A stretch of DNA of 16,866 bases from assembly GCA_040384765.1 (NCBI GenBank), contig JAZKIQ010000002.1, forward strand, positions 1-16,866. The letters are read 5' to 3'. This DNA comes from Patescibacteria group bacterium. GTDB taxonomy: Bacteria; Patescibacteriota; Minisyncoccia; Phycocordibacterales; JBBUBG01. Numbering within the stretch: the stretch's first letter is position 1; each line of letters begins with the position of its first letter. The notes under the pieces were generated by a model, which was not told the origin of the DNA, ran no database searches, and worked only from the letters and a program-made list of their open reading frames with translations. Of this stretch, positions 7,959 to 15,174 are shown in pieces. The position numbers and the translations under genes are program-made.

Positions 7959-8705
7959 GTGAAATACAAAAAAATCGTCCTCAAGATCAGCGGGAACGAG
8001 TTCAGTAGCGGTTCTTTGCTGTGGAACAAGGAGCAGGTCGATTACATTCTCGATCAGCTTCAGGTCCTGGGTCAGTTGGGAGTGGAGGTGGCGGTTGTCC
8101 CCGGAGGTGGAAATATAGCTCGCGGTCGCGAGCTTACGGCCCAGGGGACGCTGGAGATGGATGAGCTCAACGCCGATCTTATCGGCATGCTTGCCATCAA
8201 CATGAACGGTATCGTGCTTCGCGACCAGGGAGAGAAGCGCGGCATGAACGTTCGGCTGTGCAGCTCCATTGCGATGCCGCAAATTACCGAGTCGTACTTG
8301 CCGTTCAAGATGCGAGCGCACATGGAAGCAGCCAACACCTTTCCAGTGCGCGGAGCAGGCATCGGAAATGGCGGGGTTTCCTCTGACTCCGCTGCGATGT
8401 ACACGGCGCGTGACATGCGAGCCGAAATCGTGCTGAAGGCGACAACCGTCGATGGAATCTTCGACAAGGACCCGCGAAGAAATCCGGATGCTGTACGGCT
8501 CTCGCGGCTCACGCATGACGAGTTTCTGAGTCGCAACCTCAACACGATCCTCGATCCGACTTCGGTGATCTATGCCCGGGACGCTCGCAAGGGCGGCATT
8601 CCTATCTGTGTCTTCGACTTCAAGACGCCAGGGGCGCTCGAGGCAATCATAAGAGGTGAACAGGTCGGTTCGCTCATCTCGAGCTCGCCGGAAGCGACCG
8701 CTTAG
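7959..8705 (+). CDS. pyrH: UMP kinase (divergent)
   Basis: KYKKIVLKISG, VAVVPGGGNIARG, ADLIGMLAINMNG, SDSAA, LKATTVDGIFDKDPR, IIRGEQVGSLI. Start uncertain: GTG 7959 chosen, frame open from 7872. Confidence 0.85.
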   Translation: MKYKKIVLKISGNEFSSGSLLWNKEQVDYILDQLQVLGQLGVEVAVVPGGGNIARGRELTAQGTLEMDELNADLIGMLAINMNGIVLRDQGEKRGMNVRLCSSIAMPQITESYLPFKMRAHMEAANTFPVRGAGIGNGGVSSDSAAMYTARDMRAEIVLKATTVDGIFDKDPRRNPDAVRLSRLTHDEFLSRNLNTILDPTSVIYARDARKGGIPICVFDFKTPGALEAIIRGEQVGSLISSSPEATA

Positions 8706-8728
8706 GGAGGTTCGTCACATATGGGTCG

Positions 8729-8760
8729 GGGCCGGCGCACTGCGCTGGCCCTTTTCTTTT
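8729..8760 (+). terminator. Intrinsic terminator after pyrH
   Basis: GGGCCGGCGC-ACT-GCGCTGGCCC followed by TTTTCTTTT. Confidence 0.75.
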
Positions 8761-8842
8761 CTGTATACAATATGCTGGCCTCACGTCCTCATTTGTGGAA
8801 CAATTTTAGAAGACCAGTCACTTCATGCCTCTAGGGGGAGTC

Positions 8843-9325
8843 ATGGAACGAACTCGTAGGACCCGGGTGCTCGTCGGGAGCTCTCAAGATCCCATAACAC
8901 TTCAGCTTATGGGCGTCGTGCATGCTCGGCTCGAACAGATTCGACCGGAGTACGAGCTGGACACGCTGTTCACCTCGAGCTCGAGCGAGCTGTTTGGGCA
9001 GCTCGTATTCCGCGAGCCGACGCTCGTCATCTCTCTTGCGCGGGTAGAGGATCCAGACAAGCCATCTGTGCCTGTACCGATTCCCGAGTTCGCTGCACGA
9101 GTGAAGTACACGTTTCGCAAATCCTTCTTCGTGGTCGCTACGGGTATAGATATCCCGGGTGTACGCGAAAGCCCCTCTGTCGACGCAATGGTCCTGATCA
9201 CTCCGGACTCAAGCGTCGAAACGATGGCGCGGCTCCTCGCTCACGACAAGCTCGCAGAGCTTTGGAATCTGCACCTTCCCAACTACACCGTGTTCGAAAA
9301 GAAGCACGCGCACAGTGCCGCGTAG
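8843..9325 (+). CDS. Hypothetical protein, possible degenerate receiver (CheY-like) domain
   Basis: GGGGGAG RBS before ATG 8843; beta/alpha pattern RVLV...EPTLVIS...IPEFAARVK...FVVATG...VDAMVL echoes REC domains, but the acidic residues are missing. Confidence 0.6.
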   Translation: MERTRRTRVLVGSSQDPITLQLMGVVHARLEQIRPEYELDTLFTSSSSELFGQLVFREPTLVISLARVEDPDKPSVPVPIPEFAARVKYTFRKSFFVVATGIDIPGVRESPSVDAMVLITPDSSVETMARLLAHDKLAELWNLHLPNYTVFEKKHAHSAA

Positions 9326-9343
9326 GCTTCTGGTCTAACACGA

Positions 9344-9371
9344 AAAGGGCGTCTCTCGTGAGACGCCCTTT
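9344..9371. terminator. Bidirectional terminator
   Basis: Perfect 12-bp stem AAAGGGCGTCTC-TCGT-GAGACGCCCTTT between convergent genes. Confidence 0.8.
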
Positions 9372-9376
9372 CTCCT

Positions 9377-10231
9377 TTAAAAAACTATTCGTGCGGTTAT
9401 GCCCGCAGGTACCGCGTATCCCTCTTTTGGGGTGAGTCCAAGTTCTTCAATGTGAACCACCGAAGGATTTTTAAAGACCGATTCAATCATGTTTGAAAGC
9501 GTCGTTTGTGAAAAGCCTGTGGTGTACGAACTGATGATAAGAAAAAGGGGCTTTTCTGAAAGTAGGCCACGAGCTCCCTCAATGAGCTCCAGGATATGAT
9601 CTTCTAATTTCCACACCTCTCCCTTTGCTCCGCGTCCATACGAAGGAGGGTCCATGACGATGGCATCATATTTTGCGCCTCGACGGGCCTCTTTGGCGAT
9701 AAATTTAAGAGCATCATCGACGAGCCAGCGCACGGGCTTGTCGGAAAGATTCGAAAGTGCTGAGTTCTCTTTTGCCCACTCTACGATGCCGCTCGCGGCA
9801 TCGAGGTGGGTTACTTCGGCCCCAGCGCTTGCTGCTGCAAGAGTTGCACCACCTGTGTAGGCAAAGAGGTTGAGAAGGCGAATAGGGCGCTTGGCGGCCC
9901 CTATCTGCGCGCGAATCCATTCCCAGTTTGCTGCCTGTTCAGGGAATATGCCTGTGTGTTTAAAGAGTGTCGGCTTTAGTTTGAAGGTGAGTGAGCCGTA
10001 TATCACGGTCCATTCGTCGGGCATGGCGCTCCCTTCACGCTTTTTCCATTTTCCCCCTTTCTCTCCGCGCGTAAACTGGGCATCAGCCTTTTCCCAAAGC
10101 TCGGGTTTTTGTTTTGACCACAGCGCTTGCGGTTCTGGCCGAGCAAGGATATATGCACCCCAGCGTTCAAGCTTTTGTTTGTCGCCCGAGTCTAGAAGTT
10201 CGTAGTCCGCCCAGTTTTGAGGAGTGATCAT
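9377..10231 (-). CDS. Class I SAM-dependent methyltransferase (RlmI/RlmK-like family)
   Basis: DYELLDSG...KLERWG...RPEPQALW, KHTGIFPEQ, LLNLFAYTGG (motif I), YDAIVMDPPSYGRG. Start taken as ATG 10231 because the ORF-track extension crosses the att junction. Confidence 0.9.
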   Translation of the reverse strand: MITPQNWADYELLDSGDKQKLERWGAYILARPEPQALWSKQKPELWEKADAQFTRGEKGGKWKKREGSAMPDEWTVIYGSLTFKLKPTLFKHTGIFPEQAANWEWIRAQIGAAKRPIRLLNLFAYTGGATLAAASAGAEVTHLDAASGIVEWAKENSALSNLSDKPVRWLVDDALKFIAKEARRGAKYDAIVMDPPSYGRGAKGEVWKLEDHILELIEGARGLLSEKPLFLIISSYTTGFSQTTLSNMIESVFKNPSVVHIEELGLTPKEGYAVPAGITARIVF

Positions 10232-10235
10232 GTTG

Positions 10236-10364
10236 CGAGGGCTAGTACAGGACGTTCGAACCTTTTGCGACGATCCTGCCAATGAAGAAACGATAGCAAC
10301 AATGAGGAAGATCGTCGAGGATATCAATCCTGATTCTGTTTCTAGTCATCTAAAATCTCCTTAA
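10236..10364 (+). pseudogene. Displaced C-terminal tail of the serine recombinase (RGLVQDVRTFCDDPANEE...KSP*)
   Basis: In the same frame across the GCGAGGGC core as the 14729-14840 fragment; 'V.DVRT' resembles tails I recall from CPR recombinases. Confidence 0.6.
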
Positions 10365-10701
10365 GCAACTGTTCAGGATCTTCGGACGCTCCACGTCCGG
10401 TCCATATATCCCACACATACCAGAGTCCCAGAAAGGCAACTGCGCTGATGTAAATCCCACGAAGCGTATCTGCGCTGATCATCCCAATATCGGGAAACGT
10501 CGATGAGATCGCTGGAATGGCCATAACCATTGCTACTAGTGCGTCACGTGGACGAACCTTTCTCTTCGTTGTGGACGAAAAGCGATGAAGTTTTAGGAGC
10601 AGTTCAGCTGTTTCTATCTTTATCCACGGGCGTTGTCGGTATGTCACCGTATGCCGCCGATGCGTTCCTGCTGGGCTCCTTTTTTGGGGTTTACCCGGCA
10701 T
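10342..10701 (-). CDS. Hypothetical 2-TM membrane protein (119 aa)
   Basis: Basic N-terminus; hydrophobic segments ALVAMVMAIPAISS and GIYISAVAFLGLWYVW; starts 2 nt after the upstream stop. Confidence 0.75.
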   Translation of the reverse strand: MPGKPQKRSPAGTHRRHTVTYRQRPWIKIETAELLLKLHRFSSTTKRKVRPRDALVAMVMAIPAISSTFPDIGMISADTLRGIYISAVAFLGLWYVWDIWTGRGASEDPEQLLKEILDD

Positions 10702-10703
10702 TG

Positions 10704-11243
10704 TTAGAGGTTGCTCTTTACCAGTGAATCTAGAATTCCCTTGAGCGCTGTAGCTTCGAATTCATTGATATCACGCGGAACGTAAATGGTGAATTTCGTG
10801 CCTGGTCGAAGTGAGAGCTCTATTCGATGCATGTCTGCTCCTGTGGATATGATCGGAGAATTCGGCGCTATTGTGCCCTCGGGTTCGACGGTGCTCTTGC
10901 CGCTCGCTGATTTCGATACACGCTTTACGGATTTATAATTCCAGCTAGCCATCTTTGTTGGATCTACTCCGTAACGGTTGAAGTCAGATACGGTCTTCGT
11001 TACTCGGGATCTATACGCGGCCAAAGAGCTGGCGCTCATCGATGCGCTATTGTGCCGGCATACATTCTGGTAAATGGGCTCAATATTAGCGGTGAATTTG
11101 TCCAGTGAGTCTCGTTCCTCATCGTTCAGTTCCTTCTCAAACAGTTTCAGTGCTGCTCGCAGACCTTGAGCGGTACTCTCGGGGTACTTTCGGTTACGTA
11201 CAGCTGTATCTACGAAGGCGTATAGATCTTGAAATGTCGGCAT
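10704..11243 (-). CDS. Hypothetical protein (179 aa), integrase core-binding (SAM-like) N-domain plus small beta-beta-alpha C-domain
   Basis: YPESTAQGLRAALKLF and MSASSLAAYRSRV helices, S/K-rich linker, HRIELSLRPGTKFTIYVPRDINEFEA. ATG 11243 follows a promoter; the ORF-track extension is likely non-coding. Confidence 0.75.
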   Translation of the reverse strand: MPTFQDLYAFVDTAVRNRKYPESTAQGLRAALKLFEKELNDEERDSLDKFTANIEPIYQNVCRHNSASMSASSLAAYRSRVTKTVSDFNRYGVDPTKMASWNYKSVKRVSKSASGKSTVEPEGTIAPNSPIISTGADMHRIELSLRPGTKFTIYVPRDINEFEATALKGILDSLVKSNL

Positions 11244-11270
11244 GGCAAAAAGGTTACTTGATTTGCCTCT

Positions 11271-11306
11271 AGTATAATCCAACACTTCTAATTGTCTATA
11301 TAGACA
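11271..11306 (-). promoter_or_regulatory. Promoter with a perfect 14-bp palindrome over the -35 box
   Basis: Minus strand TAGACA (11293-11298), 16 nt, TATACT (11271-11276); palindrome TGTCTATATAGACA at 11293-11306. Confidence 0.65.
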
Positions 11307-11396
11307 GATAGACGCAGATGTATTGTAAGTGCTGCGTAGGCGCGATGTGGATACTCTGTCTGCATGACATATAGATATATCGAAGAAGGACCTCTT

Positions 11397-11507
11397 ATGA
11401 ATTGCCCCGACCGGGCTCAGGAGTGGTTTGAGATCGTCCTTGAGGTGATACTGCAGGAAGAGCGAGTAGCTGGAACGATGGCGGATGGTAGCGCGCACTC
11501 AGTATGA
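11397..11507 (+). CDS. 36-aa ORF coupled to the recombinase start
   Basis: MNCPDRAQEWFEIVLEVILQEERVAGTMADGSAHSV*; GAAGGA upstream; stop overlaps ATG 11504 (ATGA). Confidence 0.45.
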   Translation: MNCPDRAQEWFEIVLEVILQEERVAGTMADGSAHSV

Positions 11508-11635
11508 GCGGGCACATGCGGAGATTCGTGGTAGCGTACTCGCGAGTTTCCTCGTCCCACCAGAGCGAACGCGGAGCATCACTCTTCGAGCAGCGTGCCG
11601 CAATCGAGCGAGTGGCAGATCGTGACGGTGCTGAT
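11504..11635 (+). pseudogene. N-terminal fragment of a large serine recombinase
   Basis: VAYSRVSSSHQSERGASLFEQRAAIERVADRDG matches the Y-x-RVS...Q...G.SL..Q catalytic motif. Similarity stops after ~43 codons although the frame stays open to 12226. Confidence 0.8.
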
Positions 11636-11690
11636 GCCAATTCAATCTTCGACACCTTCGGCAGCATGTTGCTTTGTCAGAGTTCAATGA

Positions 11691-11910
11691 ACGTACGTGA
11701 ATCCCTCAGAAGATATCGGGGAGGCGTGGAAGGTTGTTCGGCGATTCGGCCAAGACAACTGCGCAAGTACGAGCCAGATTGGCTTAGAGACGTTCAACAC
11801 GGTGCACTGGGCCAAGTCGCGAGGATGACTGGTGGAACATGCGAGGCCACGGTTCTTGCCCTTAGTCGCGCAATTCGGGCCGAACTCGGACTCAATCCCC
11901 TGGAAGACCT
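11691..11910 (+). pseudogene. Possible frameshifted phage ABA-sandwich/BC1872-like fragment
   Basis: NPSEDIGEAWKVV in one frame and ATVLALSRAIRAELG in another resemble the P(S/T).DI..AW.VV and A..LAI.RA.L motifs. Confidence 0.35.
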
Positions 11911-12419
11911 GCGGGTCTCCTCCCTTGCTCTCCCCCTAAGAGATTATCGAATGACTCAGGGGGGGCGCACATCTCCGGAGAAGGTTCACCGAAGCGCGTT
12001 GCGTAGTGGAGCCTTGGTGCTACAAGAAGCTGCATTGATGCACCAGCTCTATGCATTTCCACGGCCCCCGGATTCTTGTGCCGATAGACCTCGTTCCTTC
12101 GATGGAAAGCCTCGATCGTTGTCAGTTCTTCGACGCCACCAGGCGCTTGCGAGGTACCTTTGTTCGAGATATGAGGCTCGCAAAGTAGAGAGGGGCTGGC
12201 TTGAGAACTGGCAGTTAAGCAGCTGAAACGTGCGACTATAACCCCAGCTCAGTACAAGGAAATGTGTGGATTTCAAGTGGGAGCTCGGTCCGGTGCGGAC
12301 AAAACGGGTTGGCTGCCCAATGTGGCACCAATCAGCAACCCGTATGGCGACTAATTTGACTTACTCATGAGGCGCGATATGATGCTTATAGATAGGCTTG
12401 GTGATGTTTACAATTCACA

Positions 12420-12857
12420 GTGGTGGGAGGGGGCGATACTAAATTGTTTGAGTCCTTTGATTCAGTTGATCTTGCTCATGGTCGAAGGATTATCGAGCAA
12501 GTGTTTCTTTCCAGGTCAAAGTCATCTAGACAGCGAGCTCTAAATGCTCTCGCAAGGATAGACTTAGAAGCCATGGTGTTCGCCCTGGTGTCCACGGTAT
12601 TCGACCCATTTGTTCACGAAGAGATAGTGGACGATATCCGGCTTTTTCTGAGAGAGTGCTTTCTGAGGTGCGAGTGGCTCACAAATCACGCACGAAAGCA
12701 GGATAGAGCACGGCCATGCGCAAGGGCATTCCTCTCTCCGGTGTCTGTTGGCGGATTTACCGGACTAGCTCACATGCTGCATTCAACGGAGAATCTCAAG
12801 GACTTTAGAGCGATCCTTTTGAAAACTCCATACTACCCGACCAACCAGAGACCATGA
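12420..12857 (+). CDS. Hypothetical ORF, possibly a remnant
   Basis: 145-aa open frame with a helical-looking first half; no recognisable motif. Confidence 0.25.
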   Translation: MVGGGDTKLFESFDSVDLAHGRRIIEQVFLSRSKSSRQRALNALARIDLEAMVFALVSTVFDPFVHEEIVDDIRLFLRECFLRCEWLTNHARKQDRARPCARAFLSPVSVGGFTGLAHMLHSTENLKDFRAILLKTPYYPTNQRP

Positions 12858-13204
12858 TCCTGTATCTCCTCCGGGACTGATGCAATGAACCACGCTGATT
12901 TTTTGAGCGTGGTTTTCTTCGTCTTGGTCTGTAAGCCTTTCTCTCCTGAGATGGATTGGAAGGAACCGGCAAGACTGCTCGACTCGACCCTGCTTCGATC
13001 ATCTTCTTGAGGTAGTTACCGCCGCTCGGAGGCGCAGGTTGACTTGAGCGGGTTCAACCGAGAGCCGTGCAAGGGCACGAGTTCAAGGCCGACGACTCGC
13101 TTTGGCAGATCTTGGAATTGCCGTCAGGCTTGATGATGCTCGGGGCGTTGTTACGCGGCGCGCTCTGCCCGGGGGTCTGCAGCAAATTTGAACCGGGTGA
13201 GTTT

Positions 13205-13244
13205 CGTTCCGCGTTCCCTGCGTAGGGGTGGGAACGCGGGAACG
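13205..13244. repeat. Inverted repeat CGTTCCGCGTTCCC-11 nt-GGGAACGCGGGAACG
   Basis: The arms match except for one indel, and each arm holds two GTTCC units. Confidence 0.7.
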
Positions 13245-14050
13245 GTTTCGTGGGTGAGCGCATGACTCGGCGAGGCTCGTTTGAATTTGAAGAGGATGCT
13301 CGTGCTGGATGATAGGTTCCGTGACCTCGCCGCGGAAGATCTCGGCCAGACGGCCGTGATCCTCGACCCACCGGACAGCGGCGGCGCCCTCCACGACGAG
13401 CGCGCGGCATCTGGCGGCCTCCCTGGTGGTTGCACGACAAAGGGAGCCGGGATATACTGCGCAAGTCCGGTCATCCCCTGGTTGAACGGATAGGTCCTTG
13501 TTTCGCCAAGCTTCCAACGGCCGCGGCGGAACGGGACCTTTATTTTATCGAACCCTCCTGCTTCCCCGATCATCAGTCCGACTGGCGCATCAGCGTGCCA
13601 CGTCGGCTTTTTTGTTCATGCTACCGTCCGCATGCGAGCTCAGCCACTCGTCGATCAACATTCTTGAGGTATCAATCAACAATCCAACGATTAGAAGACG
13701 CGGACGTTTTTGTCCCAGTGCGGTATATCTAAAGGGCGTAGCGAGTTCCTTGATCTGCGGAAGCCCAAGAGGAGTGACATCCGAATGCCGCACGACCCGC
13801 GTCGCCAAGCCCGGGGCATTGGCCTGGAGCCGAGCCCTAGTCCCGAACCGCTTCCAGGATTGGAAGAACCCAACTCCGCGCACAACCAGGATTCTCAGGC
13901 GCCATTACAGAATTCGCGCGATCGGTCGATGACTGCGTCAGATCTGCACCAGAGCTTCAGCGCGAGCGGGAAAGGACGGGGCGCGTCAAAAAGTGTACAG
14001 TAGGACGCGCCCGAATCTGATACAATGCTTCAATAAGTAACTTCTTACCC

Positions 14051-14578
14051 ATGCCAATCCAAGAGTCTACGAGCTTCGTCAGCAGAGCAACTATCTATAC
14101 GTTTTCTTTCGAAATGCTCGTCGTGGGCGTTGTTGGCATTGGCGCTGCTGGATTGTATCTCTACAATACGATCCACCTTTTTGACGCGTACCCCCTCACT
14201 GAGAGCTTGCGAGAACTTCTGTGTGGACTCGGAATCCTTGCGTCCGCGGTGTTGTTTCTTGCGACGTCAAGGCAAGCGTTCCGGCTTCGCACCGCTGAGC
14301 CAGAGCGCCTAGCGCATAAAACGTACCGGATAGCGCTCTTGCTTGTTGTTGCAGGATCAATCCTCGCCTACGCGGGAATCGCCTACTTCGTTTCGTTAGT
14401 CGGCGTGCTTCCTACCGGGTGCCTTTGGGGAGCCCCCTGCATCCAGCAAACCCTACCGCTGTGGCCGCTATTGACAATCCATGTAATAGCCGCCTCGGTC
14501 TGCTCCACGCCAGCGGTAACTTTGTCGATCTTGGAAAAGTGCGGAACCTCTAGGGGGCCACAAGATAGTTCCGTGTAG
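14051..14578 (+). CDS. Hypothetical 4-TM membrane protein (island cargo)
   Basis: 175 aa with four hydrophobic segments; extended -10 TGATACAAT at 14018-14026. Confidence 0.6.
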   Translation: MPIQESTSFVSRATIYTFSFEMLVVGVVGIGAAGLYLYNTIHLFDAYPLTESLRELLCGLGILASAVLFLATSRQAFRLRTAEPERLAHKTYRIALLLVVAGSILAYAGIAYFVSLVGVLPTGCLWGAPCIQQTLPLWPLLTIHVIAASVCSTPAVTLSILEKCGTSRGPQDSSV

Positions 14579-14728
14579 GACTCAAGAGGCCATCTAGCGC
14601 CGAAGTGTGCATGGAGGTTTGCTTCGTGGGAATGATCCATGGCCGAGTTGCCTGCATTGAAGCGGATCGTGATCGAAGGATCACTTCTCGAAAGCTCTGT
14701 CCGCAGATATCGCGAGAAGTTTTCGTCC

Positions 14729-14840
14729 GTCACCGCGTGCGGTTCGAACCCTACTCTGAGAGAGAAAAAACTCTTCATTGAAGCCAGGAAACCGTTCAGC
14801 TTCAATGACAAAATGGATGCACTTCCTGAAAAGCGAGGGC
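14729..14840 (+). pseudogene. Near-C-terminal fragment of the serine recombinase running into the att site
   Basis: CGSNPTLREKKLFIEARKPF resembles the GSN..L..KKL.I.A.KPF ending I recall from CPR large serine recombinases; it reads into antisense tRNA-Trp. Confidence 0.6.
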
Positions 14841-14906
14841 ACCAGGATTCGAACCTGGAAGTTGGGATTTGGAATCCCACAGTTTAACCGTTGAGCTTAT
14901 GCCCCC
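14834..14906 (-). tRNA. tRNA-Trp (CCA)
   Basis: Acceptor GGGGGCA/TGCCCTC plus G, anticodon arm TGGGA-TT CCA AA-TCCCA, CCAGG-TTCGAAT-CCTGG; no encoded CCA tail. Confidence 0.95.
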
Positions 14907-14923
14907 TCGTGAGTTCTTATCCT

Positions 14924-14963
14924 AAACGAAAATCTCCCCTCAGTCGAGGGGAGATTTTCGTTT
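14924..14963 (-). terminator. Terminator after rpmG
   Basis: Perfect 18-bp stem AAACGAAAATCTCCCCTC-AGTC-GAGGGGAGATTTTCGTTT. Confidence 0.8.
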
Positions 14964-14966
14964 GCC

Positions 14967-15125
14967 TTAAATCTTCTTCTCCTTATGCACCGTTACCTTG
15001 CGGCACCAGTTGCAAAATTTCTTAAATTCAAGCTTCCGCTCAACTTTCTTGGCGTTTTTACGGGTGTAGTAGTTGTCCCGTTTGCACTTTGTGCAGTTTA
15101 GTTTTCGAAGGAGTTCCTTGGCCAT
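14967..15125 (-). CDS. rpmG: 50S ribosomal protein L33 (Zn-binding C4 form)
   Basis: 52 aa, LNCTKCKRDNYYTRKN...KLEFKKFCNWCRKVTVHKE; ATG at 15125. Confidence 0.96.
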   Translation of the reverse strand: MAKELLRKLNCTKCKRDNYYTRKNAKKVERKLEFKKFCNWCRKVTVHKEKKI

Positions 15126-15145
15126 CGTTTTTGTGTGTAGTAGAG

Positions 15146-15174
15146 ATGATACTATAGCCCGGCTTGTTTGACAA
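15146..15174 (-). promoter_or_regulatory. Putative rpmG promoter overlapping the miaA stop
   Basis: TTGTCA, 17 nt, TATCAT on the minus strand. Confidence 0.55.

Larger units (their letters stand above)
10235..14840. mobile_element. ~4.6 kb degenerate integrative element at the tRNA-Trp 3' end (serine recombinase type)
   Basis: Direct repeat GCGAGGGC at 10235-10242 and 14833-14840, with extended similarity (CAGGA..TTCGAACCT); recombinase remnants inside; housekeeping genes on both flanks. Confidence 0.8.

Noticed and set aside
10232-10327. Signal-peptide-like N-terminal extension of the methyltransferase
   Set aside because: It lies across the att junction and is antisense to the recombinase tail; family similarity starts at ATG 10231.
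11244-11498. 85-aa N-terminal extension of the 264-aa ORF
   Set aside because: It runs through the promoter/palindrome region and antisense to the 36-aa ORF.
7659-11711. 13-mer GAATCCCTCAGAA at 7659-7671 and 11699-11711 as an att pair
   Set aside because: About one or two 13-mer matches are expected by chance in 17 kb, and the interval spans housekeeping-type genes.
11504-12226. 240-aa ORF as a functional recombinase
   Set aside because: Only ~43 codons match; the rest of the resolvase domain and the recombinase/Zn-ribbon domains are absent.
13054-14003. Multiple overlapping ORFs in the GC-rich block
   Set aside because: R/P/S-rich with no recognisable motifs; typical of chance frames in GC-rich decayed DNA.
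14834-14906. UGA recoding (code 25 or 4)
   Set aside because: rbfA-flanking and other conserved genes are uninterrupted, iscS ends at TGA at the expected length, and the tRNA-Trp anticodon is CCA.
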